NCBI RefSeq assembly: GCF_006345805.1
Contig: NC_042997.1
Location: 52,514,001-52,578,000, forward strand
From: Octopus sinensis
Lineage: Eukaryota
Reading direction: 5' to 3'
Length of the DNA stretch: 64,000 bases
The notes under the pieces were generated by a model. That model worked only from the letters and a program-made list of their open reading frames with translations, did not search any database and had not been told where the DNA came from. Both the position numbers and the translations under genes were made by a program. Shown piece after piece: positions 1 to 13,750 of the stretch (its first letter is position 1; each line of letters begins with the position of its first letter).

Positions 1-59
1 TGTGCACGCGCGCACACACACACACACACATAGTATTCCGCTCTTTGCTCGACAATACG

Positions 60-1510
60 ATGATACCTGGAAAGAAACTTTGGTAACTATAGATTGAGAA
101 GCTGCTGTGGGTCGCAGAAGAGAAGAAAAGACTAAAGAGATGAAACAGAGAGAAGGTCCGATATAAATCGGTGACGGTGGTGTTCAAGAACAAAAGACAG
201 GCTCACAGTGAGCAATCGTTTTAAATTAATCAGATACGCAAGTGTTAGACGAAGTACCACCACTGAAATTGCGAATACGCTAAATCTGATGAAGAAAGGA
301 TAAAACCCAGAAGGAGATGGTATAACAACAGAAATATTATAGAGAAGAGCAGCTGTAGAAAATTCTCGTTCTACATTCTAAATTCGATATTTAAAAGAAG
401 GAAAATACTCTGTGGAAGTTGTCACATAATATTTTGCTTTATAAGAAAGGTGATTGGAAAAACCTGAGAGACAGTCGCCTCATATGTCACGTATCTCATC
501 TCTGTACACTGTTTACAAAGATCATATTCACCAGGCTGTCGAAATATGCCGACGATTACCAGCCGAGGGAGGGAATAGGTTTTCGAAAGAATTACAGCTT
601 CTAACTTCTCAAGTGAACAAAACTATATAGGCTGCCCCTTTGTAACACCTTCGCAGAGTTCAAGAGGAGCCTTCAACACGCCGCTGTGTATGCGGAGCTG
701 AAGTCTCCTGGGACTTTTCGGTGAGGCGAACTCAGGATGTACCATCGATTACCACCCGTAAAAGTCCCAGTCGGGAAGGGTGTCATCAGACAAGGAGATA
801 CCATCTTGCCAAAATTCTTCATCGTATGTCTCGAAATAGTCCATCAGTAACACGGTGGAACCAAAATCAATGACATGCTACAAACACATTTCCAATTTGC
901 GGACGACATCGTGTTCAGTGCAAAAACTTCAGATCAGCTGCAGATGATGCTGACAAAGCTAGGTGCTCAGGGTTCAACAGTAAGACTTAAAATAAACCGA
1001 ATGTAAACAAATGTGGTCCGAAACCGTTACACAAGGCCAGATAATTGTAGGAAGAGGTGAACGTGTACGTCTATTTAGGACAGACAGTAAATATATGCCG
1101 AAACATGAACGATGAAATTTCGCGCAAAGCAAAATCAAGGTGGAAGGTGTTTGCCTCAATTGAAGATGTGCTCAATGCACAGCTGGATAAGGCTCTGTGT
1201 ATCAATCACTTCAATAGCATTGTTCTACCTGCACTCTTATTCCGGACTGAGACGTGAGCTACTCCGAGGAAGGAAGAACAACGACTGTCTGCAACACAAA
1301 GGGCCATGAAAAATATCTACGCTCGGAATATCCGAAATTAGCTAATTGGAGAACGGAGTGGAGTGAACGCTGTAATCACGGAATACCGAAAACAATTTCC
1401 GCTGGGCCGGACATGTCACAAGTTTCACAGACAACAGATGGACTTGTGTAGCTGTGTAATGGTATCCAAGAGACCGGAAGAGACCACGTTCAGAGATGTT
1501 ACCGTACTAG
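60..1510 (+). mobile_element. Decayed RTE-clade LINE (RT region to 3' end)
   Basis: Frameshifted RTE motifs: ILLYKKGD..NLRDSRLIC, YQPREGIGFRKNYS, RQGDTILPKFF, THFQFADDIV, YVYLGQ, FNSIVLPALL, WYPRDRKRP. Start approximate. Confidence 0.85.
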
Positions 1511-2155
1511 CCAAAGATTAGATTATCGTTTCCCTCATTACATTATTTCTAATTCTAATGGCATGGGAGCTCGTTACGTGAATCCATTGTTTTATTTTGT
1601 CTTTGTTTTGTTGACTTAATCATTGTTCAGAAATATTTACCTCACCTCGATAAAGGTACAATATTGAATCATGCTCGCCACATTAAATGTATAAGCACTG
1701 ACTTCACCTTAGGAGTGGATGGCTATTCAAGAAGACCTTGTCTAACTAGCGGTGATCGGGAACATATACCGATTTTATGAGTAATCGTAACTTGACAAAA
1801 GGCAAAATAGTGTTTTATTTATCCTTAAGCTTATAGCTGGAAATTATCCGACCAGTTTTACTTCTTTATCATCTACAACCATATTTTATATATTTTATTA
1901 CCGACCAACGTGTTTGAATATTGCAGGAAATTATTAGAATTTTATGGGACATATTTGGTGTCAGTTTCCAGCTTGGTCACTGTTTCAAGTAAAAGATCTT
2001 ATTAAAACTGAATATAGCAAATTCCATTCAAACGTATTTTTTTATATTTAAAAAAAAAAAGCATTATTTTAAAGTTGACTGGCAGCAAAAATGAAATGAC
2101 TCTGCTTCAGTTTATCTTGAATTATTTTAAGTTCTTTGAAGATTTGGACAATTGG

Positions 2156-2156
<1 letters not shown>

Positions 2157-2204
<48 letters not shown>

Positions 2205-2236
2205 CTCTCCTCTCTCTCTCTCTCTCTCTCCCTCTC
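2157..2236. repeat. (CT)n microsatellite
   Basis: Direct reading. Confidence 0.95.
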
Positions 2237-2379
2237 TTACATATACATATGTATGTGACAAAACCTCGCATAAATGTTACGTAATAAATTATAAATAAAT
2301 GATACTAGTAAGAAAGTATAGTATAATTAACATTTTAAACTATTTTAAGATGGTAATGTAAAATGATGAAACTAAAAGA

Positions 2380-2998
2380 GAAGAAGAAGATAAGAAGGAA
2401 GAAGAAGAAGAAGAAGAAGGAAGAAGAAGAAGAAGAAGAAAGAAGAAGAAGAAGAAGAAGAAGAAGAAGAAGAAGAGAAGAAAGAAGAAGAAGAAGAAGA
2501 AGAAAGAAGAAGAGAAAAGGGAAGAAGAAGAGAAGAAGAAAGAAGAAGAAGAAGAAGAAGAAGAAGAAGAAGAAGAAGAAGAAGAGAACAGAAGAAGAAG
2601 AGAAGAGAAGAAGAAGAGAAGAAGAAGAAGAAGAAGAAGAAGAAAGAAGAAAAGAAGAAGAAGAAGAAGAAGAAGAAGAGAAGAAGAAGAAGAAGAAGAA
2701 GAAGAGAAGAAGAAGAAGAAGAAGAAGAAGCAGAAGAAGAAGAAGAAGAGAAGAAGAAGAAGAAGAAGAAGAAGAAGAAGAAGAAGAAGAAGAAGAAGAA
2801 GAGAAGAAGAGAAGAAGAAGAAAGAAGAAGAGAAGAAGAAGAAGAAGAAGAAGAAGAAGAGAAGAAGAGAAGAAAAGAAGAAGAAGAAGAAGAAGAAGAA
2901 GAAGAGAAGAAGAAGAAGAAGAAGAAGAAGAAGAAGAAGAAGAAGAAGAAGAAGAAGAAGAAGAAGAAGAAGAAGAAGAAGAAGAAGAAGAAGAAGAA
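2380..2998. repeat. ~620 bp (GAA)n polypurine tract with GAG interruptions
   Basis: Direct reading; source of the spurious 215-227 aa low-complexity ORFs. Confidence 0.97.
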
Positions 2999-3444
2999 AT
3001 CAAATCCTATCGGAGTCAACTTTACCTTTCACTTATTCAGTGTTGATTAAGAAATACTTAGTTAATTTAATCGATGCTGCTATTCCTTGAGTACCACTAC
3101 CAAAATACGCAGCTTGAGTCAGTGTTAGAAATCAATATTTAATCGAAAGAGTCATTTGATGGACGCTGTAAAATACGGCGAAACGAATTTCGATTTCCGG
3201 CGGAGACCAATTCATTTCGCTTGAAATAGAATGCTGTGTAGCACGCATGCCTTTTCTGACGAGCATATTTAGGAAAAAGATGGAGTCTGGACAGTCAAAT
3301 CTTTTCCTAAGGAATTTTATGGTGTTAAACTGGAAATTGGAATTAACTCATGGTTCCATATCATTGAGAAGTTATCTCTTACTCTACGGCGCTTGTCTCT
3401 ATGTTTTATAAATGGTTACTGGTTTCATAAATGAAAGAGGAGGC

Positions 3445-3499
<55 letters not shown>

Positions 3500-3748
3500 T
3501 AAAATCGAGTTCAGCTAAGCTAGAAGAAAGAGCTTGTTATAACATGAAATATGGAAATTTTCACCGATTGGATGTATAGCCACAGTACAATGGCTGAAAG
3601 CATTCAAACAGTGAAAGAGTTTGGCTGTAAAAGCTCAAGTGATATATCGCAATTTCTCGGCAGTGCAACGATGGTGTATCGAACTTATCGTAGTTTGTGA
3701 AGTCCTAATTTCAATTTGCCTTTTAATATATCAAGAAAAAGTTAGACA

Positions 3749-4370
3749 GTGAGCTGGCAGAATCATTAACATACCGGGTAAAATGCTAAACGGTATTTCG
3801 TTGGTCTTTACGTTCTGAGTTCAAATTCCGCAGAGGTTGACTTTACATTTTCTTGCTAAAATAAGTGCCAGTTGAGCGCTGGTGTCAATGTAATCGACAA
3901 TACTCCCACCTCCGAAATTGCTGGCTTTGTGGCAAAATTTGAAACCAATATTTCAGAAGAAAAAGTGGCAAGCTAGCAGAATCGTTACCACGTCGGATGA
4001 AATGCTTAGCGGTATTTCGTCTGCCGTTACGTTCTGAGTTCAAATTCCGCCGTGGTCGACTTTGCCTTTCATCTTTTCGGGGTCGATAAATTAAGTACCA
4101 GTTACGCACTGTGGTCGATGTAATCGACTTAATCCGTTTGTCTGTCCTTGTTTGTCCCCTGTGTGTTTAGCCCCTAGTGGGTAGTAAAAAAATAGGTATT
4201 TCTTTCAAGTTCACATTCTGAGTTCAAAGTCCACTAAGTCACTTTGCTTTTCTTCCTTTCAGGGTCGATAAAATAAAGTATTCGTCAAGTACTGAGGTCA
4301 ATGTAATCGACTTGTCCTCCTCCTCCTTAAAATTGCTAACCTTGTGCTAAAATTGAAAAGAATATTATAT
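3749..4370 (+). mobile_element. Cluster of tRNA-derived SINE copies (family A: gagctggcagaatcgtt...gagttcaaattccgc...gtcgatgtaatcgac)
   Basis: Same ~220-400 bp unit recurs many times in the window; B-box-like gagttcaaattcc. Confidence 0.8.
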
Positions 4371-5638
4371 CAGAAGAATGGTATATTTAGAAAAAAATGA
4401 TGGCCTTACGGAATCTAATTTTGCCTCTCTTCATTCTAAGATCAAGTTCCTCGAGTCAATTAGTCACTCGACCTGCTAGAAATAGGAGCTTAATCTCTGA
4501 TCTATCGGCTTAACAAGGAAAGTGAGCCTAAAATGTAGAAGGGGTAGTTGTAGCTGAAACGCTTTGCTTAATCAGTTTTGACATAGGCTAAAAAAAACGC
4601 AAAACAATAACCAAAATCTGACATTCTAATATGATTTGAATGTCTTGGTTCTATGACGTAATGCTAGAACTACATAGCTACAATATCGTACATTTATTTA
4701 TAAAGAGAAAAAAATAGGTAACACATTCATACTGAACTTTTTTCTTCTCTCAACGTCAAATTTTTTTTACTTAGTCGTTTATTAAGTCGCCCATTGACAT
4801 CGTTAAATGGACGCTTTCATTCTTGCCGAATTCATAAATCTGTTAATTCTTGGGTTCGATGATGACATTTCTAGAATGTTCTAGTCAACTGAATAAACGA
4901 TACGAATTCTTTTAATCGTCTGACCATGCCGACCGAAGTAAATATTTGTTGATGAAAAACCTCTGACTTCACTCCTGAATGTGTATCTTATTTAATTGGG
5001 CTCTGTTCATACGAAAGGTTGAAGCTGTTTATTTATTTGGCTTCTACTGTTATACTTTTGCCTCCTTCAAAGTTAAGACGTTGATGAGAGTAAATGTAAA
5101 CATTGCATACATAGTCTAGATACTTTGTGAAGTGAGTGGCAGAGAACTAGTAAGCGTATCATGTTTTCCTTCTCGAGAATCTCTCACGAGACAAACACCC
5201 CGAAAATAATAAGACAGAGATATTTATATTAGACGTTTAGGGCGCCGCTATTAGCAGACGTTATTTGACCTGTTGGTCCTTTGAAACTGTGATTATTGTC
5301 GACATTTTTGCGTATTTTAAACGAACTTTACACGAAAGTTATAAAACAAATATTTGCCCTTTGACTTAATAGCATTATACATATACATTCACATGCACAC
5401 ACACACACATCTATGTATGTACATTTGATTCTATGTAAGGATGCATTTACGTATGTATATATGTATGTATGTGTATAAGTGTACATCTAAATATATGTAT
5501 TTGTGTGTGTGTGTTGTATGTAGCTATCTATCTATATGCGTGTGACTGTGTGTGCATATATCGATAGGTAGATATGTATATATGCATATATGTGCATATT
5601 TATAATATTCAGTATATACTTGCATTTATATATGTATA

Positions 5639-5703
<65 letters not shown>

Positions 5704-6115
5704 CGCGCACACACACACACACACACACTTCACAGATGTGATCCAGAATTGAGCAGGTACAGAAGCTGTGCGCTTTACCATTAAGCTAAACGGCCTGCTG
5801 ACAGTTTCAACCGTCGATTTAGACGTTAAATAGCTTATTGAACAAACCATGGCTGTTTGTTGGCAACTTTTTCCACCTTGTAAAGGTATTTATTCATTAT
5901 TTCTGCTGTTCTAACGGCAATACTGCGTTCGAAAAATTATCAACTCCTTGTTTGTATCGTACAATATACGTGTGTGTGTATGTATGTATGTATGTATGTA
6001 TGTATGTATGTATGTATGTATGTATGTATGTATGCATGTATGCATGTATGTATGTATGTATGTATGTATGTATGTATGTATGTATGTAGTATGTATGTAT
6101 GTGTGTACGTATGTA
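5639..6115. repeat. (CA)n at 5639-5728 and (TATG)n at ~5978-6115
   Basis: Direct reading. Confidence 0.9.
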
Positions 6116-6134
6116 TATATATATATATATATAC

Positions 6135-6257
6135 ATGGTTCCGGGTTCAGTCCCACTGCGTGGCACCTTGGGTAAAAGCCTTGAGTGGATTTGGTAGACG
6201 GAAACTGAAAGAGGCCTGTCTTATATATATATATATAATATATATAATATATATATA

Positions 6258-6292
<35 letters not shown>

Positions 6293-6500
6293 TTGTATGT
6301 CTGTGTTTGTCCCCCACCATCACTTGACAACCGTTGTTGGTGTGTTTACGTCCCCGTAACTTACCGGTTCAGCAAAAGAGACCTATAAAATAAATACTAG
6401 GCTTATGAAGAATAAGTCCTGGGGTCGACTTGTTCGGCTAAAAGGTGGTGCTCCAGCATGCCCGCAATCAAATGACTGAAACAAAAGAGTAAAAGAATAA
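6135..6500 (-). mobile_element. SINE family B pieces (ggttcagtcccactgcgtggcaccttgg / tttcagtcatttgactgcggccatgctggagcacc), split by (TA)n
   Basis: Matches copies at 32428-32840, 40825-40960, 43855-44015, 54370-54560 and 63180-63945. Confidence 0.75.
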
Positions 6501-6724
6501 AAGAATCTATCTATCTATCTACCTATCTATCTATCTATCTATATATATATTTTTTTTTCCTCTCCCCCTTATTTTTAACCCCCCTTTTTTTGTCCTCTTT
6601 CTCTCTTTTACGATCCCTTTTGATCGAAACTCCCCCTCCTTTTTTTTTTTTTTAAACCTTCAAAAGAAAAGCTCTACCTTGTAATTTGTTCTATCTGTGT
6701 GCAGCCCTGTGTGGCTAATAAAGA

Positions 6725-6789
<65 letters not shown>

Positions 6790-6797
<8 letters not shown>

Positions 6798-8324
6798 AAT
6801 AAAACTGAGAATGTGTGTCTGTCTGTCAGTGTGTTTCCCTAAAACTTGAGAACTACACAACCAATTTCATTCAAATTTTACACATGCCTTACTTAGGGTC
6901 CGGGGAGTGTCATCGGCAGAAAAATATGTTCGACTTCTTGCCAAGAGCGAGTCGATAGCAATATCATATCTTCTCCACTATTTCAGTATTACGTGTTAAA
7001 AGTGAAACAAAAACATTTCTCTATTTTATGTCAGATACTTTCACTTTAACAATAAAAATAATAATAACTATTGAATTATATGTAGTAAGTAATAATTAAA
7101 ATCAAACTAAATTATAATATAATCGTAACATAACAAATGTAAAAATAGCAATTGGTATAAAATTGCATCAATGACTTGAACTTGAATAAGTGGTTTCACA
7201 TGAATGGGAATAAATTTAAAATAAAATTAGCGTGCAGAAATGGAATCGTCCAGATGGAGCTGTGCTTTTACATTAGATTATCTGCTAATTAGCTAACATT
7301 AAATATCTATATGAAGTTTGGCTGTATGTAATATCTGTTTTCTCGAACAGAGTACTGCTGTTGGTTTATTTCTTATACATAAATGACTAAAGCTTCAACT
7401 GCTTACTGCTTTCTGATTCATCGTAAGGTTTGTTGTTATTATTATTACTGTTAAACTATTGTTATCACGTCTGTTGGTTCCTCGTAAAGGATTACGTTGT
7501 TGTGTTGCATTTGTTAAATAATTGTAAACTGTAACCCTCCCCCTTTAAAAATTGAATTGTGTCCCTGTTTGGGGAAACTGACAATATTCTCACCGTTTAC
7601 ACGGAAGCATTTTTGTTAGAATGCCTTCAATAGAAGCAAGTCCAAAAATGAATTTCGCTGCAGCCGTCGGCGGGCGCGAACTCATTGAAATTAAAATGGA
7701 AGAAATACGGATTGATCACCGACAAAGACGGTGAATCTAGGATAACACCACCAAACGAAATAAAAAAATTAAATTAAAGAAAAGACTATTGTCTATAAAG
7801 AATACAATGTAGAGAAGAAAAAAAAGATTTGAACACCTGGAGGAAAGCACCATCGAAAAGTGTCTTGGTGCGACTATGAAAGATATCTAACCAGAGGCGG
7901 TAAATTCTCCACAATAGAAGCAAGGTTCGAGTCAACGGAGCGTGAAAGGGAGTACTCGACTCGAACCTTGCAAAGTGGAAATATTTTATTTTTACCCTTA
8001 TATCTGGAACGTAGGACGTCCCGGATAAAAATTTAAAATGTCCCCCCCCCTCAGAATTAGAGGTAGGCTGGATTGTAGCCACACTTCTATACAAGAGGGA
8101 GAACAAGATACAATTGATCGAAATTGCAAGAGACGGGCCTACAATTCCAGTCTGTTATATATTTTAAGTATTGTTATCACTAGCGATATCAAGATATAAC
8201 TTTGTATTTTGTATTTTATGTGTAGATGTATATATATAGATGTAGATGTAATATGTACACATATATATACACATATATACATGCACTAGTACTATGACCC
8301 GGCAACAACGGGTCATAATGCTAG
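6790..8324 (+). mobile_element. Non-autonomous Helitron, copy 1
   Basis: 3' end ATGACCCG-gcaacaa-CGGGTCAT hairpin followed by aatgCTAG (8321-8324); head tatataaaactgagaatgtgtgtctgtctgtc; no TIR/TSD. The 5' TC is not resolvable within (TA)n. Confidence 0.75.
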
Positions 8325-9817
8325 TATATATATAAAACTGAGAATGTGTGTCTGTCTGTCTGTCTGCCTGTCTGTCTGTCTGTGTGTTTCCCTAAAACTT
8401 GAGAACTACACAACCAATTTCATTCAAATTTTACACATGCCTTACTTAGGGTCCATGTAGTTTTATGGGCAAAACAATGTTCAACTTCTTGCCTAGGGCG
8501 AGCCCATAGCAATATCATATCTTCTCCACTATTTCAGTATTACGTGTTAAAAGTGAAACAAAAACATTTCTCTATTTTATGTCAGATACTTTCACTTTAA
8601 CAATAAAAATTAGAGATAATAATAACTATTGAATTATATGTGGTAACTAAAAATTAAAATCAAACTAAAGTACAATACAATCGTAACATAACAAATGTAA
8701 AAATAGCAATTGGTATAAAATTGCATCAATGACTTGAACATGAATAAGTGGTTTCACATGAATGGAAATAAATTAAAAATAAAATTAGCGTGCAGAAATG
8801 GAATAGTCCAGATGGAGGTGTGCACATACCGTTTACTACGGCTTTTACAATAGATTATCTGCTAATTAGCTAGCATTAAGTATCTATATGAAGTTTAGCT
8901 GTATGTAATGTCTGTTTTCTCGAACAACCGCTTCTACTGAGTACTGCTGTTGGTTTATTTCCTATACATAAAGGACTACGTTGTTGTGTTGCATTTGTTA
9001 AATAATTGTAAACTGTAACCCTCCCCCTTTGGGAGAAGGAGCTTTGGTTATTGTTTAAAAATTGAATTGTGTCCCTGTTTGGGGAAACTGACAATATTTT
9101 CACCGTTTACACGGAAGCAATTTTGTTAGAATGCCTTCGATAGAAGAAAGTCCAAAAATGAATTTCGCTGCAGCCGTCGGCGGGAGTGAACTCATTAAAA
9201 TTAAATTGGAAGAAATACGGATTGATCACCGACAAAGACGGTGAATCTAGGATAACACCACCAAACGAAATAAAAAATTAAATTAAAGAAAAGACTATTG
9301 TCTATAAAGTATACAATGTAGAGAAAAAAAGATTTGAACACCTGGAGGAAAGCACCATCGAAAAGTGTCTTGGTGCGACTATGAAAGATATCTAACCAGA
9401 GGCGGTAAATTCGCCACAATAGAAGCAAGGTTCGAGTCAACGGAGCGTGAAAGGGAGTACTCGACTCGAACCTTGCAAAGTGGAAATATTTTATTTTTAC
9501 CTTTATATCTGGAACGTAGGACGTCCCGGAAAAAAATTTAAAATGTCCCCCCAGAAGTAGTTGTAGGCTGGATTGTAGCCACACTTCTATACAAGAGGGA
9601 GAACAAGATACAATTGATCGAAATTGCAAGAGACGGGCCTACAATTCCAGTCTGTTATATATTTTGAGTATTGTTATCACTAGCGATATCAAGATATAAC
9701 TTTGTATTTTATGTGTAGATGTATATATATAGATGTAGATGTAATATGTACACATATATATACACATATATACATACACTAGCACTATGACCCGGCAACG
9801 ACGGGTCATAATACTAG
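8325..9817 (+). mobile_element. Non-autonomous Helitron, copy 2 (head-to-tail with copy 1)
   Basis: Starts directly after the CTAG of copy 1; highly similar with indels; ends with the same hairpin plus CTAG (9814-9817). Confidence 0.75.
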
Positions 9818-9880
<63 letters not shown>

Positions 9881-9901
9881 ATATATATATAAAAATATAT
9901 A

Positions 9902-9990
9902 CCAGCAGAGACACCCGACGTTGCTCGGGATTGAAATGGCATAGTTTGTATATATATTACAGTTATGTTGAAATAGGTGATATGGGAAAG
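9902..9990 (-). mobile_element. Helitron 3' end in opposite orientation
   Basis: Minus strand CCCGA-gcaacg-TCGGG hairpin then tgtctctgCTGG (CTRR); same GCAAC loop as copies 1 and 2. Upstream extent unknown. Confidence 0.55.
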
Positions 9991-10552
9991 TGCAGCATTG
10001 ACAACAAAACATTTGTGGAGTAAATGATGGGCTAATTTGACTAAGCAACATGCTATGCGTCCGTTTGGAGTATTTCAGGCCCTAACCTGTGTAAGCCAAC
10101 GAGGCAAACCTCTACATGGTAGCTAGACCTTGTAGAAATAGCAGCCAAATCTCCATGAAAACACCCTACTGTCTTAATCCGACAATTCTGCCTATTATGT
10201 AGTTTTAATGAGAAACTTTAACTAAAGATTAAGATTATTAACTCCACAGAGAGAGAGAGAGAGAGAGAGAGAAGAAGAGAGACAGCATCGCGATGGTTTT
10301 GGTTGACTGTCCTCCCCTTGTTGCTTGCGAAATGGTATGAGCCGGCTGTCTGAGGAACTGGTTGTTTTAATGCCGGAACAAACAGGACATAAAGATGAAA
10401 AAATAGCGATTCCCACTTTAAAACTAACAATTTTGTATGTATAATATATCAGTTGAATAAAGTTTTAATCAGTTGAATAAAATATATTTTTTAAAAAACG
10501 TGCAAACCAGACCATGTTTCAACTTTTTTCAACTGATATGTGTGTGTGTATG

Positions 10553-10682
<130 letters not shown>

Positions 10683-11465
10683 ACGTATGTACCTACGTTC
10701 CTACCTACCTACATACATACATACAATAATTAAATGAACTCAAATCGGATAAATACATAAGTGGAAACCATTTTTTTTGTTCCATTAGACGCTGTATCAG
10801 AATTAGATTCTCATCAAACAATATTATACTCCAACTCATTATATTCTAGCAACACATGTTTCTATTTTAATTAAAATTTACTTCTTTGATTAAAATTTAA
10901 AGCGAAAATTAATACCATAATGAGAACATGACTTTCAATTCCTTGTTACATGAAAAGAAATCAGATATTCGGCTCTAACATGGCTCTCTGTAGTTTAAGC
11001 TGATTCTGATGGTGAATATCCGTCATACGTTTGGGCATATATGCATATCTGCATTTACTACACAAGCATTCACATATATGCGTATATCTCCCGCCACACA
11101 CACACACATACTCTTTTACTTGTTTCAGTCAGTTGACTGTGGCCATGCTGGGGCACCGCCTTTTAATATATATATATATGCTTATGTATACACACACACA
11201 CACACACCACACAATGTTGTTGTTTTTTCTATTACTATAGCCGCCAGGTCATGGAATTTTGAGATAGGGGCTTGTCGATTACATCAGCGCCCAGTGCTCA
11301 ATTGATGCTTAATTATCGACCTCGAAAAGGGGAAATGCAAAGTAAATGTAAAGCCGAGAGAAACGCGGCGTCAAGTTTTAAAGGAAACAATTTTACATTA
11401 AACCGAAGTATTACTCAATAGTTTTATAGAGTACATATTTATTATTCTTTAACAAAAATAGTATT

Positions 11466-11512
11466 GACAGTGAATTCGAAGTTTCGGCCTAATAAGCGAT
11501 CATCAGACTATC
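11466..11512 (-). ncRNA. Degenerate type I hammerhead ribozyme motif
   Basis: GAUAGU-CUGAUGA-ucgcuuauuaggcc-GAAA-cuucgaa-UUC|ACUGUC; stem I 6 bp (one G-U), palindromic UUCGAA in stem III, stem II weakened. Confidence 0.5.
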
Positions 11513-12104
11513 CGATGATGGCTTAGCCGAAATATTATTAACACGCGCGCGCGCATCTCTTATATCTTACCTGTTTTAGTCATTAGACTGCGGCCATGCT
11601 AGGGCACAGGCTTAGAGAATTATCTTTTTATCGAACGAATCGATTCAAATATTTATAATTTTCTGTAAAGTCCGTTACTTATTCTATCGATCTATTTTGC
11701 CGAACCGCTATTTGATATATATATACACACAGAAGTGTGTATTTTTCCCTTGTTTACAATTAACACGGAAAAAACTTCTTGTTTTAACATTATTGGTTTT
11801 GAAAATTTAGTGGGCTTTATGCGTAGTTGGGAAATAGGATTTTAATAAGTGGGTTTTAATAAGTGGAAATTTTACCGGTGAGTGTGTTAAATTATAAGGC
11901 ACAAAAAGAAAATTACTCTACCCAGAAATAACAGGATTTTAATAGTTTCCAAATTAGAAAGTGGTTTACTATCAATCGGAAATCTCTAAGACTATAGACA
12001 TAAAAGAACGTATGTACACCCCACCTCACATATATGATATGATTTGATGTATGAAAAAGTTATGTGTACAGTTATATGCATTGACTTATATATGTTACTG
12101 GTGC

Positions 12105-12262
12105 TTTAGTCCTCATCGACGACATCTATGTACATAGATAGCTTGTTTGAACTATTTGGTGCTGTGCACAGTTTCATGGCTCCAGATGTGCTTTGCCACC
12201 GTCTAACTGACAGTTGCATTTTACTTACTGAGGGAGAAAGAAAGAAAGCGCTCTTAAGAGAT
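12105..12262 (-). mobile_element. Duplicated 3' end of the adjacent LINE
   Basis: ~155 bp diverged direct repeat of 12829-12982. Confidence 0.6.
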
Positions 12263-12761
12263 AATGAATTCTGCAACCATTTAGCAGCAAATTGCCAACT
12301 TACACCCTACAGCTTAATTACTTCATAAAATTTAATCATAGATATACAGAAGTACAAAATTAACAAGGTTTAGAACGCTTTTGAGATCATGTCTATTCGT
12401 TCAGGCTGATTTGGGCCAAAACAACAATAATTCCATAGACTACAACAACAGTTCAAATCTACTGTGAAATATAAATTCTATCGGACTAGATATATGTATA
12501 AGATATAGGTTCTACGGCCTTAAGGGCTGCATGTAGTAGCTTAGCATTGCTGCAGTTTTATTGCAGAACTACCATTATCGTATAAAAATATACTTTTATG
12601 AATTAATTTCTTTGGAATCTACTTTTAACATTATTTCCAAATGTATTTTTTTAAAGCTAAATATAAAACCTAAAACTATGTTATTTGTCTTATGCGACAC
12701 ATTCTTGGTAAACGCCTTTAAACCGTGGTCTTGACAAATGTTAAATCTATGTTGTTTTTAA

Positions 12762-13750
12762 TGTTATTGTTATTGTTGTCGTTGCTGTTGTCGTTACAAT
12801 TGTTGCTGATGCTGTTGTTTCACTCCAGTTTAGTCCTCATCGATGACATCTATGTACATAGATAACTTGTTTGAATTATGTGGTACTATGCAGAGTTTCA
12901 GGGCTCCAGATGTTCCTTGCCACCGTCTAACTGACAGTTGCATTTTACTCACTGAGGGTGAAAGAAAGCGCTCTTAAGAGAATGTTATAATTTTCTAAAG
13001 TATTTTGGATATGCTTGTTTCTGGATGATGTCGCAAGTAATGGCAGGGTTTGTAATGTTGGAGTTCACTGCAGTACCGTATGGTGGTTTTTGATTTTTAA
13101 TATTTTTCTTTCGTGGTGCAAGTCCTCTTTGTGCAGCACGTGATGATTTGAAGTGAGGTATTTTGTGTACTTTGCAGAAATTGGGAACTAGACAAAGCTG
13201 GCTTTACAACTTGACGGATCGAATGAATTGTTTGTAGATTAATATTTTTGTTTCTTTATGTTGGCTAAATGCAAATCCTCTAACTATGCGCGTGCGCTGT
13301 CCTCCCCCCTTAATTGAGTTTTCTATACAGTATAAACTATATATCTGCTGCAGAGCTGCAAGTAATTTCATTACCTTTATCATCTATCTGTGAGGCATTG
13401 CCATATTGTTGATTGTTATGGCTCTTGTATGAAGCTCTTTCACTTGGTTGTGAAATTATTTTGATTTTGACAAATTTCCAGGTTCTGTGGATTTGGCAAT
13501 TTTTGTACAAGTAATTGAGAAATATTGATGAGTGTAATGATTTCTTCAGGTTCTATACCTTTCAAATCTGTACCAAGCGGACACATCGATTTACTCAGTA
13601 AGAATTCACTGTTAGAAATTGGTAAGGTAATTTTTTTCTTGTACCAGCTGCCAACAATCGAGTCCCTTTCTTGTGCTAATGTGCGACAGATATTGCTCTT
13701 GATTCTTTATGTCAAGCCGCACTTATCTTGATTAAACTTCTTTATCTCAT
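12762..13750 (-). mobile_element. Decayed I/Jockey-group LINE 3' part with (CAA)-like tail
   Basis: Minus strand QHKETKILIYKQFIRS, QSTQNTSLQIITCC, RTWKFVKI; degenerate (AAC)n at 12762-12820. Confidence 0.55.

Noticed and set aside
2335-3046. 215-227 aa K/E/R-rich and S/L/F-rich ORFs
   Set aside because: Pure translation of (GAA)n; no splice or codon evidence.
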